From positions 876,360 to 940,359 of the forward strand of contig NMRA01000064.1 in the NCBI GenBank assembly GCA_002633005.1: 64,000 nt of DNA, given 5' to 3'. A model generated the notes under the pieces. It worked only from the letters and a program-made list of their open reading frames with translations. It was not told where the DNA came from and ran no database searches. Source of the DNA: Phoronis australis. Taxonomy: Eukaryota > Animalia > Phoronida. Numbering within the stretch: position 1 is the first letter of the stretch; each line of letters opens with the position of its first letter. Of the stretch, positions 63,641-64,000 are shown piece after piece. The position numbers and the translations under genes were made by a program.

Positions 63641-64000
63641 TTTTTATATTAGATGTATTGGGCTAACGCAATAGTCCTAGCAAAGCCTTAGTAAAATAAG
63701 AAAACGCGAGTTCAATCACGAAATGTAAACCCTGAAATAATAGGTGAAGCTGCCTTTTTGTGCCATGTTGCGTCACCGCGAGATCCCTGAATAGAACACC
63801 ATTGCATGGGGGTGTTATTGGCAGCTGTTTGAATTAAAAGGTGACTCTCGCGGTGACATAGACAAAAGCAATACGCCTAACAGTTCGTTATATCTGACAA
63901 TTTATGGCAATAGTGGGTTTAGAGCGATGCTCTTAACATACTGTAGGAACCAAATTTACAGGTGTTACCGTTCAAGATAGGCTTCAAGGGCATGGTAATA

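Overview
Eukaryotic genomic DNA from an invertebrate animal, with spliceosomal GT-AG introns, minisatellites and one N gap (46103-46739). The left half holds two minus-strand genes. One is a WSC-domain xylosyltransferase (oxt/sqv-6/XYLT type) with 11 hand-assembled, phase-consistent coding exons that run off the left edge. The other is an unrecognised ~1190-aa coiled-coil/low-complexity gene built mostly from two very large exons. The right half is a dense transposon graveyard around a secreted PAN+fibrinogen-domain gene and a pseudogenised copy of its first exon. It contains two families of internally deleted Kolobok-type elements (TTAA TSD; convergent THAP-transposase and P2X7-ballast-like KolX 5' stubs), three ISL2EU-type remnants (THAP, DDE_Tnp_4 tail, SWIM+YqaJ), LINE remnants, MITEs and SINE heads. 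It also shows two kinds of apparent excision footprint: P-element-like mini-palindromes with 7-bp TSDs, and TA-to-TACATGTA insertions. All calls were made by eye; family assignments rest on recalled motifs and need database confirmation.
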